DNA of 64,000 nt from a virus. The position numbers and the translations under genes were made by a program. Of the stretch, positions 63,445 to 64,000 are shown in pieces. The notes under the pieces were generated by a model, which was given only the letters and a program-made list of their open reading frames with translations, ran no database searches and had not been told where the DNA came from. The stretch is taken from IMG/VR virus record IMGVR_UViG_3300035180_000994, positions 4,419-68,418 of that record, one strand, 5' to 3'. Position 1 is the stretch's first letter. Every line of letters begins with the position of its first letter.

Positions 63445-63465
63445 CACTAGAGCAAAATGGAAGTT
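63445..63465 (-). promoter_or_regulatory. class L promoter motif
   Basis: AACTTC-N9-CTAGTG heading the capsid unit. Confidence 0.7.
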
Positions 63466-63487
63466 CGACTTTTGTTCACTGTGATAT

Positions 63488-63514
63488 GAAAAAGGGCCTC
63501 CAAAGAGGCCCTTT
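63488..63514 (-). terminator. intrinsic terminator
   Basis: AAAGGGCCTC-TTTG-GAGGCCCTTT-TTC. Confidence 0.8.
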
Positions 63515-63536
63515 CCCTGAGAAGTGCTAGTAGCTA

Positions 63537-64000
63537 CTATTCGTCGCCGTTGAAGATGAGCTTGGCGATGTCGGCGTCGGAGATGCTGTCGGCGCGGGCG
63601 GTGCGGGCGGTGCCCTGGCCAGGGGTGGGGCTGCCCACGGACTTGATGGGCTTCTTGGGGGCAGCGGGCTTCGCGCTCGCGGCCTTGGCCAGACCCTCAC
63701 CCACGGCAGCGGGCTCTTCCAGGGAAGGCTCGGTATCGCGCTTCTGCTTCATGGGGGTCTCGGTGATGCTGTCGAGGACTTCGCCCAGGAGATCGGCGTT
63801 GTCGCTCTCGAAGTCACGGTCGTCACCGGCCAGATCCGACTTGAAGTGGCTCTCCATGTCTCCGGTCTCCACGTCCACCTCGGCGGCGGTCACACCGAGC
63901 AGGGCGGACATGGGGTCCGGACCGGCGGCGTCCTTGAAGAAGTTGGCATCGGTGATCTCACCCTGGGGAGCGCCCAGGTCAGCAGCGTCCATCATGTCCT
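63537..64000 (-). CDS. C-terminal part of an acidic scaffold-like head protein (truncated by window end)
   Basis: Acidic low-complexity sequence upstream of the capsid unit; KAAS and RTAR motifs; ends DIAKLIF. Confidence 0.55.
   Translation of the reverse strand, partial: DMMDAADLGAPQGEITDANFFKDAAGPDPMSALLGVTAAEVDVETGDMESHFKSDLAGDDRDFESDNADLLGEVLDSITETPMKQKRDTEPSLEEPAAVGEGLAKAASAKPAAPKKPIKSVGSPTPGQGTARTARADSISDADIAKLIFNGDE

Noticed and set aside
1-64000. CRISPR array, tRNA/rRNA, integrase, DGR reverse transcriptase, phage-nucleus shell or multisubunit RNAP genes
   Set aside because: None recognised by eye; absence was not confirmed by computation.

Overview
The 64 kb window is a segment of a large, GC-rich (roughly 65% by eye) tailed dsDNA phage, probably a jumbo phage. 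Essentially all credible genes are on the minus strand; the long plus-strand ORFs are antisense shadows. No host housekeeping genes, integrase, tRNA, rRNA or CRISPR array were recognised. Head and packaging genes: major capsid, decoration, portal with a large insert, and terminase large subunit with a class 3 LAGLIDADG intein. There are also tail/receptor-binding genes. Replication and nucleotide genes: family A DNA polymerase, DnaX-like loader, probable beta-clamp, split primase, half Rad50/SbcC, RdgC-like, ThyX, dCMP deaminase and NDK. Other notable genes: an actin-like ATPase, an extended NusG paralogue and two sigma-like proteins. The intergenic DNA shows three recurrent promoter-like motifs that sort genes by function: (E) GTGCATC-N15/16-CCTACTA, (M) GGGTATCATC and (L) RACTTC-N8/9-CTAGTG-like. 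One canonical sigma70 promoter precedes the small sigma-like gene. Many L-class genes encode multi-domain proteins punctuated by K-x-A-(A/S/G) linkers, including an ADP-ribosyltransferase+SprT protein and a 940-aa protein with an embedded sigma factor. This suggests capsid-packaged, protease-processed polyproteins that deliver effectors and a sigma factor at infection. All family calls come from motif recognition by eye, with no database searches.
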